64,000 nt of DNA from Candidatus Multivorans sp. (GTDB lineage Bacteria > Acidobacteriota > Thermoanaerobaculia > Multivoradales > Multivoraceae): the NCBI GenBank assembly GCA_965247095.1, contig OZ251997.1, positions 160,001-224,000 of the forward strand, in the 5' to 3' direction. Shown in pieces: positions 36,636 to 46,171 of the stretch. Below the pieces are notes generated by a model. It did no database searches and was not told the origin of the DNA. It saw nothing but the letters and a program-made list of their open reading frames with translations. Each line of letters starts with the position of its first letter. Position 1 is the first letter of the stretch. A program made the translations under genes and the position numbers.

Positions 36636-38104
36636 AACGTGAGCAACTCGACCAGGTCCGGGGCGACGAAGAACAGCGCCAGCGACAGGAGCGCGGTGAG
36701 GACGAGCGGCAGCACGCACAGGAACGGTGCCTCGGCAACCTTCGCAGAACCGCCGCCGTCGCCGCCCGGTGGCGCGGCGAAGAAGCCGCGGACGACGACG
36801 GGCATCAGGTAGAAGAAGGCCAGCAGCGAGCTGAGCATCAGCACGCCGAGGAACGCGACCTGGGCCGGGAATCCGGTCTCGAGCGCGCCGGTCATGAGAA
36901 ACCACTTGGCCCACGACCCGCCTAGCGGCGGGATGCCGATGATCGAGAGCGAGGCGAGGAAGAAGGCGGCGAAGGTCCAGGGCATGGTGCGGCCGAGGCC
37001 GTCGAGTTCGCTGACCTTCTTCTTGTGGGTGGCGACGAGGATCGCGCCGGCGCAGAAGAAGAGGGTGATCTTGCCCGCCGCGTGCATGGCGATCTGCATG
37101 CCGCCGGCGAGGACGCCGGTGGCGGTCGCCATCGCCGCGCCGAGGACGATGTAGGCGAGTTGACTGATCGTCGAGTAGGCGAGACGCGCCTTCAGGTTGT
37201 CCTGGCGGATCGCCACCACCGCCGCCATCAGCATGGTGAAGGAGGCGATCGTCATCAGGGTCAGCGAGGCGGTGCTGTCGCGCAGCAGGTCGAGGCCGAA
37301 GATGTAGACCACGACCTTGAGGATGGTGAACACGCCCGCCTTGACCACCGCCACCGCGTGCAGCAGCGCGCTGACCGGGGTCGGGGCGACCATCGCGTTC
37401 GGCAGCCAGCGATGGAGCGGCATCAGCGCCGCCTTGCCGGCGCCGAAGGCGTAGAGCAGCAGGAGCACCGTCACCAGGCCGGAACTCGTGTCCGCGGCCA
37501 GGATGCCGCCGGGTGTGAACTCGACCGTCCCGGTGAGCCGCCAGGTGAACAGGATCGCCAGCAGCAGGAAGGAGATCGAGGTGAACAGCAGGATGCCGAG
37601 GTAGATGCGGCCGGCACGCCGCGCCTCGGCGGTGCCGTGGTGGGTGACGAGCGGGAAGGTGAGGAGCGTCAGCGCCTCGTAGAACAGGAACAGCGTGAAC
37701 AGGTTGCGCGCGAAGGCGATGCCCAGGGCGGCGAAGATCGAGAGCGCGAAGAAGGTGAAGAAGCGGGTCTGGTTCTGCTCGTGGTGTCCGCGCATGTAGC
37801 CGACGGCGTAGATCGAGGTGGGGATCCACAGGCCGCTGGCGACAAGGCCGTAGAGCAGGCCGAGCGGCTCCACCTGGAACGCCAGTTCGACTCCCGGCAT
37901 CACTTCCAGCAGGACGAGTTCCGGCCGGCCGCCGGCCATGACATCGGCGCCGAGCCGCCACACGGCGGCGAAGGTGCAGACGCCGATCAGCGGCGTCGCC
38001 AGGTCGCGCAGGTTCGGATGGCCGAGGCGGCCGAAGACCAGGCAGGCGCCCGCCGCTGCGAGCGGCAGGAGCAACGCGACCAGGATCGTCGTCTCGGCGC
38101 TCAT
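36632..38104 (-). CDS. Mrp Na+/H+ antiporter subunit D/A-like
   Basis: PLHRWLPNAMVAPTPVSALLHA and RLAYSTISQ motifs. Confidence 0.88.
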   Translation of the reverse strand: MSAETTILVALLLPLAAAGACLVFGRLGHPNLRDLATPLIGVCTFAAVWRLGADVMAGGRPELVLLEVMPGVELAFQVEPLGLLYGLVASGLWIPTSIYAVGYMRGHHEQNQTRFFTFFALSIFAALGIAFARNLFTLFLFYEALTLLTFPLVTHHGTAEARRAGRIYLGILLFTSISFLLLAILFTWRLTGTVEFTPGGILAADTSSGLVTVLLLLYAFGAGKAALMPLHRWLPNAMVAPTPVSALLHAVAVVKAGVFTILKVVVYIFGLDLLRDSTASLTLMTIASFTMLMAAVVAIRQDNLKARLAYSTISQLAYIVLGAAMATATGVLAGGMQIAMHAAGKITLFFCAGAILVATHKKKVSELDGLGRTMPWTFAAFFLASLSIIGIPPLGGSWAKWFLMTGALETGFPAQVAFLGVLMLSSLLAFFYLMPVVVRGFFAAPPGGDGGGSAKVAEAPFLCVLPLVLTALLSLALFFVAPDLVELLTF

Positions 38105-38108
38105 CGGC

Positions 38109-39593
38109 TCAGATCCCGCCGGCGAGGAGGAGTTCCGCGGCTTCCGCGGCGACGCCGTAGGTCCACTTCGTGGTCAGACCGAAGACCACCGCGGCCCCGA
38201 TCAGGATCCAGGTCGGCGCCAGCATGCCGAACGGGACTTCGCGAATGTGGTCGATGGGTTGGGTTGCGGATGGGCGACGGAAGTAGACGACCTCGACCAC
38301 CCGGCCGACGTAGACCACCGCGAGCAGCGAACTCAGCAGGATGAGAACTGCCGCCGCGGTCCAGCCGCGCTCCAGGGCGCCGGACACCAGGTACCACTTG
38401 CTGACGAACCCGACCGTGCCCGGGACGCCGATCAGGCTCAAGCCCCCGACCACCAGGGCGGCGCCGGTCAGCGGCATGCGGCGGCCGACGCCGGCCAGGG
38501 CGTCGAGGTGGACGGAGCCCACCCGGTAGAGCAGGCAGGCGACGACCAGGAACAGGCCGCCCTTCATCACCGCGTGGTTGAACAGGTGGACCAGAGCGCC
38601 GGCCAGGCCAGTGGCGTTCGCGGTCGAGAGGCCGAGGGTCATGTAGCCGATCTGGGCGACGCTCGAGTAAGCGAGCAACCGCCGCAGGTCGGTCTGGAAG
38701 ATCGCCGCGCCGGATGCCAGGAACATGGCGAGGAGGGAGAGCGGCAGGAGCACCATGTGCAGGCGGAGTTCTTCGAACACGAAGGGCGCGCCGAAGACCG
38801 TGAACAGGATCATCGCCAGCAGGTAGAAGGAGACCTTCGTGGCGGTGGCGGCCAGGAAGGCGCTGACCTTGGGCGGTGCGAACGAGTAGGCGTTCGGCAG
38901 CCAGTGGTGCAGGGGGAAGACGGCCAGCTTGATCGAGATGCCGACCACGAGCAACGCCAGCGCCAGGACCGTGCCGCGAGCCTCCAAGGACGGATCGAGC
39001 CGCTCGGCGATGTCGCGCAGGTTCAGGGTGCCCGTTTCCTGGTAGAGCAGGCCGACGCCGAGCATGAAGAAGACGCCGCCGATCGTGCCCATGACCAGGT
39101 AGTAGAAGGCCGACATCACCGCGCGGCGGTGGCCGCCCAGGCTGACTAGGATGTAGGACGACAGGGACGAGATCTCGAGGAAGACGAAGATGTTGAAGGC
39201 GTCGCCGGTGATCGTGATGCCGAGCAGGCCGCAGATGCAGAGCAGGAACACGGCGTAGTAGAGGTGGCGGCGCGACTCGGGCACCCGCGTCGGACCGCCC
39301 CGCGAGTCGAAACTCAGCACGACCAGGGCCATCGCCGTGACCAGGGTGAGCAGGTAGGCGTTGACGGTGGAGACCCGGTACTCGATGCCGAGCGGCGGCG
39401 GCCAGCCGCCGAGCTGGTAGGAGATGACGCCGCCGCCGCGGACCTCGACGAGCAGCGCCACGGCGATGGCGAAGCACGCCGCGACGACGCCGAGGCTGAA
39501 CAGGCGGGTAACGCGCGGGTGGCGCAGCAGCACGCACGCGGGCGCCGCCAGCAGCGGCAGGACGACCTCGAGGACGACGATGTGCTCGGTCAT
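38109..39593 (-). CDS. mrpD: Mrp antiporter subunit D
   Basis: TGDAFNIFVFLEI, FPLHHWLP and LLAYSSVAQIGY motifs. Confidence 0.9.
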   Translation of the reverse strand: MTEHIVVLEVVLPLLAAPACVLLRHPRVTRLFSLGVVAACFAIAVALLVEVRGGGVISYQLGGWPPPLGIEYRVSTVNAYLLTLVTAMALVVLSFDSRGGPTRVPESRRHLYYAVFLLCICGLLGITITGDAFNIFVFLEISSLSSYILVSLGGHRRAVMSAFYYLVMGTIGGVFFMLGVGLLYQETGTLNLRDIAERLDPSLEARGTVLALALLVVGISIKLAVFPLHHWLPNAYSFAPPKVSAFLAATATKVSFYLLAMILFTVFGAPFVFEELRLHMVLLPLSLLAMFLASGAAIFQTDLRRLLAYSSVAQIGYMTLGLSTANATGLAGALVHLFNHAVMKGGLFLVVACLLYRVGSVHLDALAGVGRRMPLTGAALVVGGLSLIGVPGTVGFVSKWYLVSGALERGWTAAAVLILLSSLLAVVYVGRVVEVVYFRRPSATQPIDHIREVPFGMLAPTWILIGAAVVFGLTTKWTYGVAAEAAELLLAGGI

Positions 39594-39603
39594 GCCGAAG
39601 GGC

Positions 39604-40002
39604 TCATCCGTGTTCCATGTCCCACGCGACCGCCTCGTCCTCCTCAACGGTGCCGTACTCGCGGTGGATGCGGACGGCCAGGGCCAGAGCCAGGGCGGTG
39701 GTGGCGACGCCGACCACGATCGCGGTCAGCATCAGCACATGGGGCAGGGGGTTCGAGTAGACGACATCGTGCCCGCCGTGGCCGGCGCCGTGACCCGTGT
39801 CCTGGGGAACGATCGGCGCCGTGCCGCCGGCGACCTTGGCCATCGACACGTAGAAGAGGATCGCCGCGGCCTGGAAGATGTTCAGCCCCATGACCTTCTT
39901 GACCAGGTTGTCGCGCGCGATGACGATGTAGAGCCCGACCATCATCAGCGCGATGATCAGCCAGTAGGCCCACAGATTGGTGAGCGCTTCCGGCAGGGTC
40001 AT
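39604..40002 (-). CDS. mrpC: Mrp antiporter subunit C
   Basis: NPLPHVLMLTAIVVG motif. Confidence 0.92.
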   Translation of the reverse strand: MTLPEALTNLWAYWLIIALMMVGLYIVIARDNLVKKVMGLNIFQAAAILFYVSMAKVAGGTAPIVPQDTGHGAGHGGHDVVYSNPLPHVLMLTAIVVGVATTALALALAVRIHREYGTVEEDEAVAWDMEHG

Positions 40003-40502
40003 GGCGCGTCTCCCGCGGCGTCGATGCCGGCGCCGGGCGCCGTCTCACTGGTCTCCCGGTGGCTGCCGAGGTGGCGACTCACGAAGGCGTAGTAGACGCG
40101 CATTATCGTCGCCGCGACGGCGATGCCGACGCCGAGCTCGATGACGATGATGCCGAGGTGCTGGCCGTGGTGGCCCGTGGTGAGCGGGTCGAGCGCGGAG
40201 TAGTCGAGGAAGGTGCCGCCCAGGAACATCGCCGCCACGCCGACCGCGCCGTAGAGCAGCACGCCTGCCGCCATCAGCCGCTCGGTCAGGATCGGCGGAA
40301 CGACCTGCTGGAGGGGCTCCAGGCCGAAGATCAGGGCGTAGACAATGAGGCCCGCAGCGAAGATCACGCCGGCCTGGAAGCCGCCGCCGGGGCCGAAGTC
40401 GCCGTGGAACTGGACGTAGAGCGCGAACAGCAGGATCATCGGCACCAGCGCCCGGGCGATGACCCGGAGCACCGGCATGTCGCGGACCCGGACCGGCCTC
40501 AC
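39999..40502 (-). CDS. mrpB: Mrp antiporter subunit B (MnhB domain)
   Basis: HGDFGPGGGFQAG motif. Confidence 0.9.
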   Translation of the reverse strand: MRPVRVRDMPVLRVIARALVPMILLFALYVQFHGDFGPGGGFQAGVIFAAGLIVYALIFGLEPLQQVVPPILTERLMAAGVLLYGAVGVAAMFLGGTFLDYSALDPLTTGHHGQHLGIIVIELGVGIAVAATIMRVYYAFVSRHLGSHRETSETAPGAGIDAAGDAP

Positions 40503-41038
40503 GGCTCCTCCTCCTTCGTGCGCCGGCTCAGGCCGCCCAGGAGCAGCGCGACGCCGACACCGGCGGTGAAGATCACGGTGACTTCGCCCAGCGTGTCGTA
40601 GCCGCGGAAGCTGGCCAGGATCGCGGTGACGATGTTCGGGATGTGGATCTTCTCCTCGGTCTCCGCAATCAGGTCGGGGACCAGGTAGTGGTGGATCACG
40701 GCGTCGGGATCGCCGTAGGCCGGCATGTCCCAGGTGCCGTAGATCAGCACCGCGCCGGTGGCGACGACGATGATCAGCGGCGCGATGCGCGTCCGGCCCT
40801 GCCGCTCACGCCGCGAGGTCAGGCTCAGCGCGCCGAGGATGAGCACGGTGGAGATCCCGGCGCCCACGGCGGCCTCGGTGAAGGCGACATCGACCGCGTC
40901 CATGAGCACGAACAGGCCGGCGGCCAGCAGGCTGGCGATGCCGGTCAGCATGGCGGCGGCGAACAGGTCCTCGAGCCGGGCCACGACGACGACGGTCGCC
41001 AGGAGCAGCAGCATGAGCAGGAGTTCGACCGGCGGCAT
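40499..41038 (-). CDS. Mrp subunit B-like, DUF4040 domain
   Basis: DVAFTEAAVGAG and NIVTAILASFRGYDTLGE motifs. Confidence 0.88.
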   Translation of the reverse strand: MPPVELLLMLLLLATVVVVARLEDLFAAAMLTGIASLLAAGLFVLMDAVDVAFTEAAVGAGISTVLILGALSLTSRRERQGRTRIAPLIIVVATGAVLIYGTWDMPAYGDPDAVIHHYLVPDLIAETEEKIHIPNIVTAILASFRGYDTLGEVTVIFTAGVGVALLLGGLSRRTKEEEP

Positions 41039-41040
41039 CG

Positions 41041-41409
41041 TCACTCTCCGCCGGCCACAGCGCCGGACTCGCCGGGCGTCGGTGCAGTGGCCGCGTCGTC
41101 GTCGGACACCTCGAGTTCGAGCGCCAGACCGTGACCGTGGGCCGCCTTGACCAGCGCGTGCGCGATGGCGGGGCTGGTGAAGAGCAGGAAGACGACCACC
41201 AGGAGCAGCTTCACGGTGACCATGGACAGGCCGCCCTGGAACATCAAGGCCAGGAGCATCAGGCCGGCGCCGGCGGTGTCCGTGACCGACGCGGCGTGGG
41301 TCCGCTGGTAGAAGTCCGAGAACCGGTGCAGGCCGATGCCGCCGACGATGCAGAACAGCCCTCCGATCACCAGCAGGACCACGGTCACTACATCGAGCGC
41401 GCCATTCAT
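41041..41409 (-). CDS. mrpG: Mrp antiporter subunit G
   Basis: RFSDFYQRTHAAS and TSPAIAHAL motifs. Confidence 0.88.
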   Translation of the reverse strand: MNGALDVVTVVLLVIGGLFCIVGGIGLHRFSDFYQRTHAASVTDTAGAGLMLLALMFQGGLSMVTVKLLLVVVFLLFTSPAIAHALVKAAHGHGLALELEVSDDDAATAPTPGESGAVAGGE

Positions 41410-41837
41410 GGGGCGTCCGCCGGCCGGTCGTTGCGGGCAAGACCACGGTCGTCGCTGGCGAGGCTGCGGTCGTCGCGGGCCAGCGCCCCGAAACGCCTCG
41501 CAGGCTCGGAGTTTCGGCCCATCCCGTCCTCGCTGTGACCCCGCGTTTCGGAACTTGCTGCGCCGCGTTCCGAAGCGCTGGGTCCCAGCCCCCCGAAGCG
41601 CGCGAAGCGCAGCACCGCGAGCGTGCCGGTGAAGTTGACCAGGGTGTAGACGAGGGCGAGGTCGAGCCACTCGGGCCGCTCCATCAGGAAGCCGCTGACC
41701 GCGATCAGCAGCACCGTCTTGGTGCCGAACATGTTCACCGCCAGGATGCGGTCGAACACCGTGGGGCCGATGGCGGCGCGGGCGAGCGCCAGGAACATCG
41801 TCACCACGATCGCGGCCATTGCCGCCGTGTACATCAC
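41406..41837 (-). CDS. mrpF: Mrp antiporter subunit F
   Basis: GPTVFDRILA motif. Confidence 0.9.
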   Translation of the reverse strand: MMYTAAMAAIVVTMFLALARAAIGPTVFDRILAVNMFGTKTVLLIAVSGFLMERPEWLDLALVYTLVNFTGTLAVLRFARFGGLGPSASERGAASSETRGHSEDGMGRNSEPARRFGALARDDRSLASDDRGLARNDRPADAP

Positions 41838-42325
41838 GTCGACCGTCCCTCGAGGCGGAGCACGTCGCGGTCCATCGAACCGCCCACAACATCCGCCTCA
41901 CTCTCCGCGTCGAGGGCGTAGACGAGCAGCTCGCCGTCCCGCAGATCGAGCGTGATCGTGCCAGGGGTCAAAGTGATGAAGTTCGCGTACAGGACCTGGC
42001 CGAAGGACGTCTTCTGACTGGCGCGAACGCGTCTGAGCCGGGGGTGGAGTTTGCTCCCAGGGGCCAGGATCAGGCGCACGACGTGGAAGTTCGCCATGGC
42101 GACCTTCGAGACGAAGGCGATCAGGAAACGCGGCAGCCGCAGCCAGGCCCAAGGGTGAAAGAACTCGGAGTCGCCGCCCGCGGCCCGGTCGAGTGCCAGG
42201 TACAGGCGCCATACGAACAGACAGGAGACCAGCCCGAAGAGCGCGATCAGCCACTCGTTGAGGGTGTAGTGCCCCGACAAGGACAGCCACGCCGCGGCCA
42301 GGAGCAGGAGCACGCCCCACCTCAT
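41834..42325 (-). CDS. mrpE: Mrp antiporter subunit E
   Basis: ANFITLTPGTITL motif. Confidence 0.9.
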   Translation of the reverse strand: MRWGVLLLLAAAWLSLSGHYTLNEWLIALFGLVSCLFVWRLYLALDRAAGGDSEFFHPWAWLRLPRFLIAFVSKVAMANFHVVRLILAPGSKLHPRLRRVRASQKTSFGQVLYANFITLTPGTITLDLRDGELLVYALDAESEADVVGGSMDRDVLRLEGRST

Positions 42326-42331
42326 CGCGGT

Positions 42332-42781
42332 CTACCCATCCACATAGGACTGCTTCCCCTTCGAAATGCTGAGAGTCCACTTTCCGGTGGCCCGGATCCT
42401 CAGCGGGTAGACGCCGGTTTCGGGGTTGAAGAACGTCCTGATGCCCGACCAGTTCGTCGCGTTCTCGGAGATGTTGAGCGGTGCTCCGATCGCGAACGAG
42501 CCCTCGTTGCCTTCGACGGTGACGGCGGCGGTGTACTCGCCGCCGTCCATCTGGAACCTGACTACGGCGTTTCCCTTGCCCTCCAGGCAGCCGGTGCCGC
42601 AGCTCTTCGGTGGCGGCGGGGGCGCGGGCGGTTTCCAGACCGGTCGCTCGGCGGCGGCCGTCGGCGCCGGTTCGGCGGCGTCGCGTGTCTCCTGGACGCA
42701 CGCTGCCGCCCCAAGAACCAGCAAGACGGCGAGGGCGCAGGAACGCGCGGCGCCGCGGCTACGTGGACGGTGCAAGCTCAC
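42332..42781 (-). CDS. Putative lipoprotein
   Basis: LGAAAC lipobox-like site, Pro-rich linker, beta-rich domain. Confidence 0.55.
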   Translation of the reverse strand: MSLHRPRSRGAARSCALAVLLVLGAAACVQETRDAAEPAPTAAAERPVWKPPAPPPPPKSCGTGCLEGKGNAVVRFQMDGGEYTAAVTVEGNEGSFAIGAPLNISENATNWSGIRTFFNPETGVYPLRIRATGKWTLSISKGKQSYVDG

Positions 42782-45006
42782 TAGTCGCCGTCCGTCGACT
42801 CGGTTTCCTGGTTTTCGGTGTCGCCCTCGTCGCCCTCGTCGCCCTCGTCGGCCCAAGGCAGGTAGACCGCGTAGTCGATCTCCCGCGGCGGCGGCTCGCC
42901 GCCGGGGCCGCTTAAGTAGTGCTCCATCCACCGCAGCGTGCGCAACATGTAGTCGAAACGCGCCGCCGAACGGCGGTTGCCGTGCCCCTCGCCCGGGTAG
43001 AAGACGAGCCGCACCGGGGCTTGGCCCAGGGTCTTCAGGTGCCGGTACAGCTCCATCGACTGGCTGGGATGGACCCTCGGATCCTCCTTGCCGTGCAGGA
43101 TCAGGGTCGGCGTGCGGTTGCGCTCGACGTAGTAGATCGGGCTGCTCTTCGTGAAGTAGTCCCAGTCGTCCCAGAGCCGCTTGCGGTGGTGGACGAGGTG
43201 CATCTCCTCCGGGATGTCCGTCGTGCCCATCTTGGAGATGTTGTTCGAGATGCCCACGAAGGGGATGGCGGCGGCGAAGCGGTCGGAGTAGAAGGTCGTG
43301 CCCCAGGCCGAGGCGTAGCCGCCATAGGAGCCGCCGGTGATGCCGACGCGGTCGCGGTGGACGAGGCCGATGTCGATCAGATGGTCCACGGCGACAATCA
43401 GATCCTCGAACTCCTTGCCGGCCGCCGCGGCCTGACCGTGCTTGGAGAACGCAACACCGCGTCCGGTGCTGCCCCGGTAGTTCGGGTAGAAGGCGGCGAA
43501 GCCGCGCGCGGCGGCGAGCTGCCCCAGGTTCGAGTAGCTGGTCAGCCAGCCGTTGCTGTAGTGGCTCTCCGGGCCGCCGTGGACGATCAGGATCAGCGGG
43601 TAGCGCTCTCCTTCCTCGTAGGCGAGCGGGTAGATCAGCAGGCCCTCGAGTTCCAGGCCGTCGGGCGTGCTGTGCCGGATGGCCTCCTGGCGGGCGAGGG
43701 TCAGCTCGTCGAGCCAGGGGTTCGAGTTCGTCATGCGCACCGGCGCCGTCTGCGGGTCCGCCGGGTCGTAGCGGTAGATCTCGCGCGGGTGATCCGGGCC
43801 TTCCGAGACCAAGGCAAGCGCGCCGCCGCCCTTGGCCCGGCTGAAGCCGAGACTGATCGGACCGCCCGGCTCGATCAGCGTCGTCGCCTGGCCAGAGGTG
43901 GAGACCCTGCCGAAGGTGCTCCAGACACCGACGGACGCGCTGTAGAGCAGGTGCTCCTCGTCCTCCCAGGCGAACGCGGCAACGTGTCCCTCGAAGTCGG
44001 GCAGCAGATCGCTCGGCTCGCCGTCGACGCTTTCGAGCACGATCAGCCGGCCCGCCGCGGGGTCGTTCGGGTCGGCCGCCGAGACCGCGGCGATCCGTTC
44101 GCCGTTCGGACTGAACGCGACCGAGCCGAGCTTGCCGATGGCGCGGAAGGAACCCGCGACGGAGAGCTCTTCGCCGGCGGGGGCATCGACGACCACGACG
44201 CTCTTGCTGGTGTAGGAGTCGTCGATGAGGGAGGTCGGGGTGGTGACCGCGGCCAGACGGTCGCCGGTCGGGCGCCAGATCACGGAGAGCACGGAGCCCT
44301 CGACCGCCTCGACCAGGACGGGCTTGGACGCCTCGTCATGCCGGTCGGCGTCGAGTGCGGGGACGTCGGCGACCCACAGGCGGGTCAGCGGTCGGTCCTC
44401 CTCGTAGATCTCCTGGTCGAATCCCTGATCCTTCAGTTTCTTCAGGTCCTTGTCCGTCTCCTCCCGAGCCAGGAAGGCGACCCGGCTGCCGTCCGGCGAC
44501 AGGGCGTAGGCGCCAATGCCGACCGGGTGCTCGACCAGCTTGCGGCTCTCACCGCCGCCGAGGGGGATGCCGTAGAGCGCCGACGTCTTGTCGGAGGCGC
44601 GGCGGGCCGTGTACAGGACCTCGTCGTTGCCCCGGAAGGTCGGGCGCCCGACGTTGACTTCGCCGGTGATGTACGGACGCGACGAGCCGGGTTCGCTCAT
44701 GTCGAGGACATGGAGCTCGGTCCAGGACGAGCCGCTGTCTTCGTCGACGGGACGCCTAGGCACGGCCAGCAGGTAGGCGGCGAGGCTGCCGTCCGGCGAG
44801 AGTTCGACCGTGCCGACACTGCGCAGGGTCGCCACGTGGTGCGGCTCGATCGCGGTCGTTTCCTGGGCGCTCAGGGCGGTCGGCGCCAGCAGCGCCGCGG
44901 CGGCGACGCAGCAGAACGCCGCGGCGACGGTCGACCGCGGGCCCTGGCGCTTTGTGGCGTCCCCTGGTGCGGACGGATCCTCGATGCGAGCGGTGTGCCG
45001 ATTCAT
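42781..45006 (-). CDS. Secreted S9-family peptidase
   Basis: HGGPE, GGSYGG, DPRV and EGHG motifs; propeller N-terminus. Confidence 0.93.
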   Translation of the reverse strand: MNRHTARIEDPSAPGDATKRQGPRSTVAAAFCCVAAAALLAPTALSAQETTAIEPHHVATLRSVGTVELSPDGSLAAYLLAVPRRPVDEDSGSSWTELHVLDMSEPGSSRPYITGEVNVGRPTFRGNDEVLYTARRASDKTSALYGIPLGGGESRKLVEHPVGIGAYALSPDGSRVAFLAREETDKDLKKLKDQGFDQEIYEEDRPLTRLWVADVPALDADRHDEASKPVLVEAVEGSVLSVIWRPTGDRLAAVTTPTSLIDDSYTSKSVVVVDAPAGEELSVAGSFRAIGKLGSVAFSPNGERIAAVSAADPNDPAAGRLIVLESVDGEPSDLLPDFEGHVAAFAWEDEEHLLYSASVGVWSTFGRVSTSGQATTLIEPGGPISLGFSRAKGGGALALVSEGPDHPREIYRYDPADPQTAPVRMTNSNPWLDELTLARQEAIRHSTPDGLELEGLLIYPLAYEEGERYPLILIVHGGPESHYSNGWLTSYSNLGQLAAARGFAAFYPNYRGSTGRGVAFSKHGQAAAAGKEFEDLIVAVDHLIDIGLVHRDRVGITGGSYGGYASAWGTTFYSDRFAAAIPFVGISNNISKMGTTDIPEEMHLVHHRKRLWDDWDYFTKSSPIYYVERNRTPTLILHGKEDPRVHPSQSMELYRHLKTLGQAPVRLVFYPGEGHGNRRSAARFDYMLRTLRWMEHYLSGPGGEPPPREIDYAVYLPWADEGDEGDEGDTENQETESTDGD

Positions 45007-45019
45007 GAGCGCTCTCCTG

Positions 45020-46108
45020 TCACTGAGCAGCTTGCTGTTGCTGCTGGTGTTCGATTGATGTCAGGCGTTCGCGGATGTCAGGCGACAGTTTGACGCCCAG
45101 GTGAGTGATCGTATCGGCGGCCATGGCGATGCCGATCTCGCAGCAGGTGCGAATCGGTAGTTCGCGCAGGTGTCCGTAGAGGAAGCCGGCAGCGAAGCAG
45201 TCGCCGGCGCCGGTGGTATCGACCACCTCGACCTCGTGGGCGGGGACGTGGTGGACTTCTTCGCCCCGGCGCACCCAGGCGCCGCGGACGCCGTCCTTGA
45301 CCGCGACCACCTCGATCGTTTCGCTCAGTTCGCGGGCCGCGGCCTCGGGCTTCAGGCCGGTCATCATCCGCGCCTCCTCGGCGTTCGCGAACAGGATGTC
45401 GAAACCGTGTTCCTTGTGGCGCAGCAGGTGGTCCCTCGAGCGCCCGACCGCGAACGGATCGGCGAGGTCGATCGCCAGCTTGACGCCGGCGTCGCGCGCC
45501 ACCTCGATGGCGTGTTCTATCGCGTCGATCTGACTCGGCGTATCCCAGATGTAGCCGGTGGTGAAGAAGATGCGCGACCGGCGGATGTCGTCCTCGGGCA
45601 CGTGTTCGGCGCGGTACTGGCGGCAGACGCCGAGGTGCGTGTTCATCGTCCGCTCGCCGTCGGGGGTGACCAGGACGACGGAGGTGCCGGTCACGCCATC
45701 GATCCGCGCCAGCCGATTCCGGACCCGGCTCGCGGTCAGGCCGCGTTCGAACAGGCGTCCCGTGTCGTCGTCTGCGATGGCTGAGCTGTAGCTGGCGTTC
45801 ACCCCGAGCAGGGAGGCGGCGCGCAGCACGTTGGCGCAGGAGCCGCCGGCCTCGATCTCGGGTTCGAGGACTGCGCCATCCCGGTTGAGGACGTGGTCGA
45901 GGATCGCGTTCTGCTCGTCGGCGGAAACGAGCTTCATGATCCCCTTGTCGAGACCCATTTCGTCCAGGTGCCGGTCCTCGACCCGCACCAGGAGATCGAG
46001 AATCGCGTTCTCGATCCCGGTGACCTCCAGGTCGACTTCAGCCCGCGGCGGTCCCGCCACGGTGGCTACCGCCGCCAAACCCGTCGCGGGCTCCGTGTTT
46101 GGCCCCAT
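45020..46108 (-). CDS. PfkB-family kinase (adenosine kinase-like)
   Basis: GGSCAN, DGERTM, FANAEEA and DTTGAGDCFAAG motifs. Confidence 0.9.
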   Translation of the reverse strand: MGPNTEPATGLAAVATVAGPPRAEVDLEVTGIENAILDLLVRVEDRHLDEMGLDKGIMKLVSADEQNAILDHVLNRDGAVLEPEIEAGGSCANVLRAASLLGVNASYSSAIADDDTGRLFERGLTASRVRNRLARIDGVTGTSVVLVTPDGERTMNTHLGVCRQYRAEHVPEDDIRRSRIFFTTGYIWDTPSQIDAIEHAIEVARDAGVKLAIDLADPFAVGRSRDHLLRHKEHGFDILFANAEEARMMTGLKPEAAARELSETIEVVAVKDGVRGAWVRRGEEVHHVPAHEVEVVDTTGAGDCFAAGFLYGHLRELPIRTCCEIGIAMAADTITHLGVKLSPDIRERLTSIEHQQQQQAAQ

Positions 46109-46171
46109 CCCCCACCTCCCCACGAGCTTGCGCCCAAGAAGTTGCTTCGCTGCCTTCTACGGCGCAAGCTC

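Noticed and set aside
42821-42850. 9-bp tandem repeat, and the polyQ tract near 45030
   Set aside because: Low-complexity C-terminal tails with no evidence of function
42919-45093. Long antisense ORFs (also 7098-8870, 50765-52903, 58576-60579)
   Set aside because: Shadow frames of high-GC genes with no recognisable motifs
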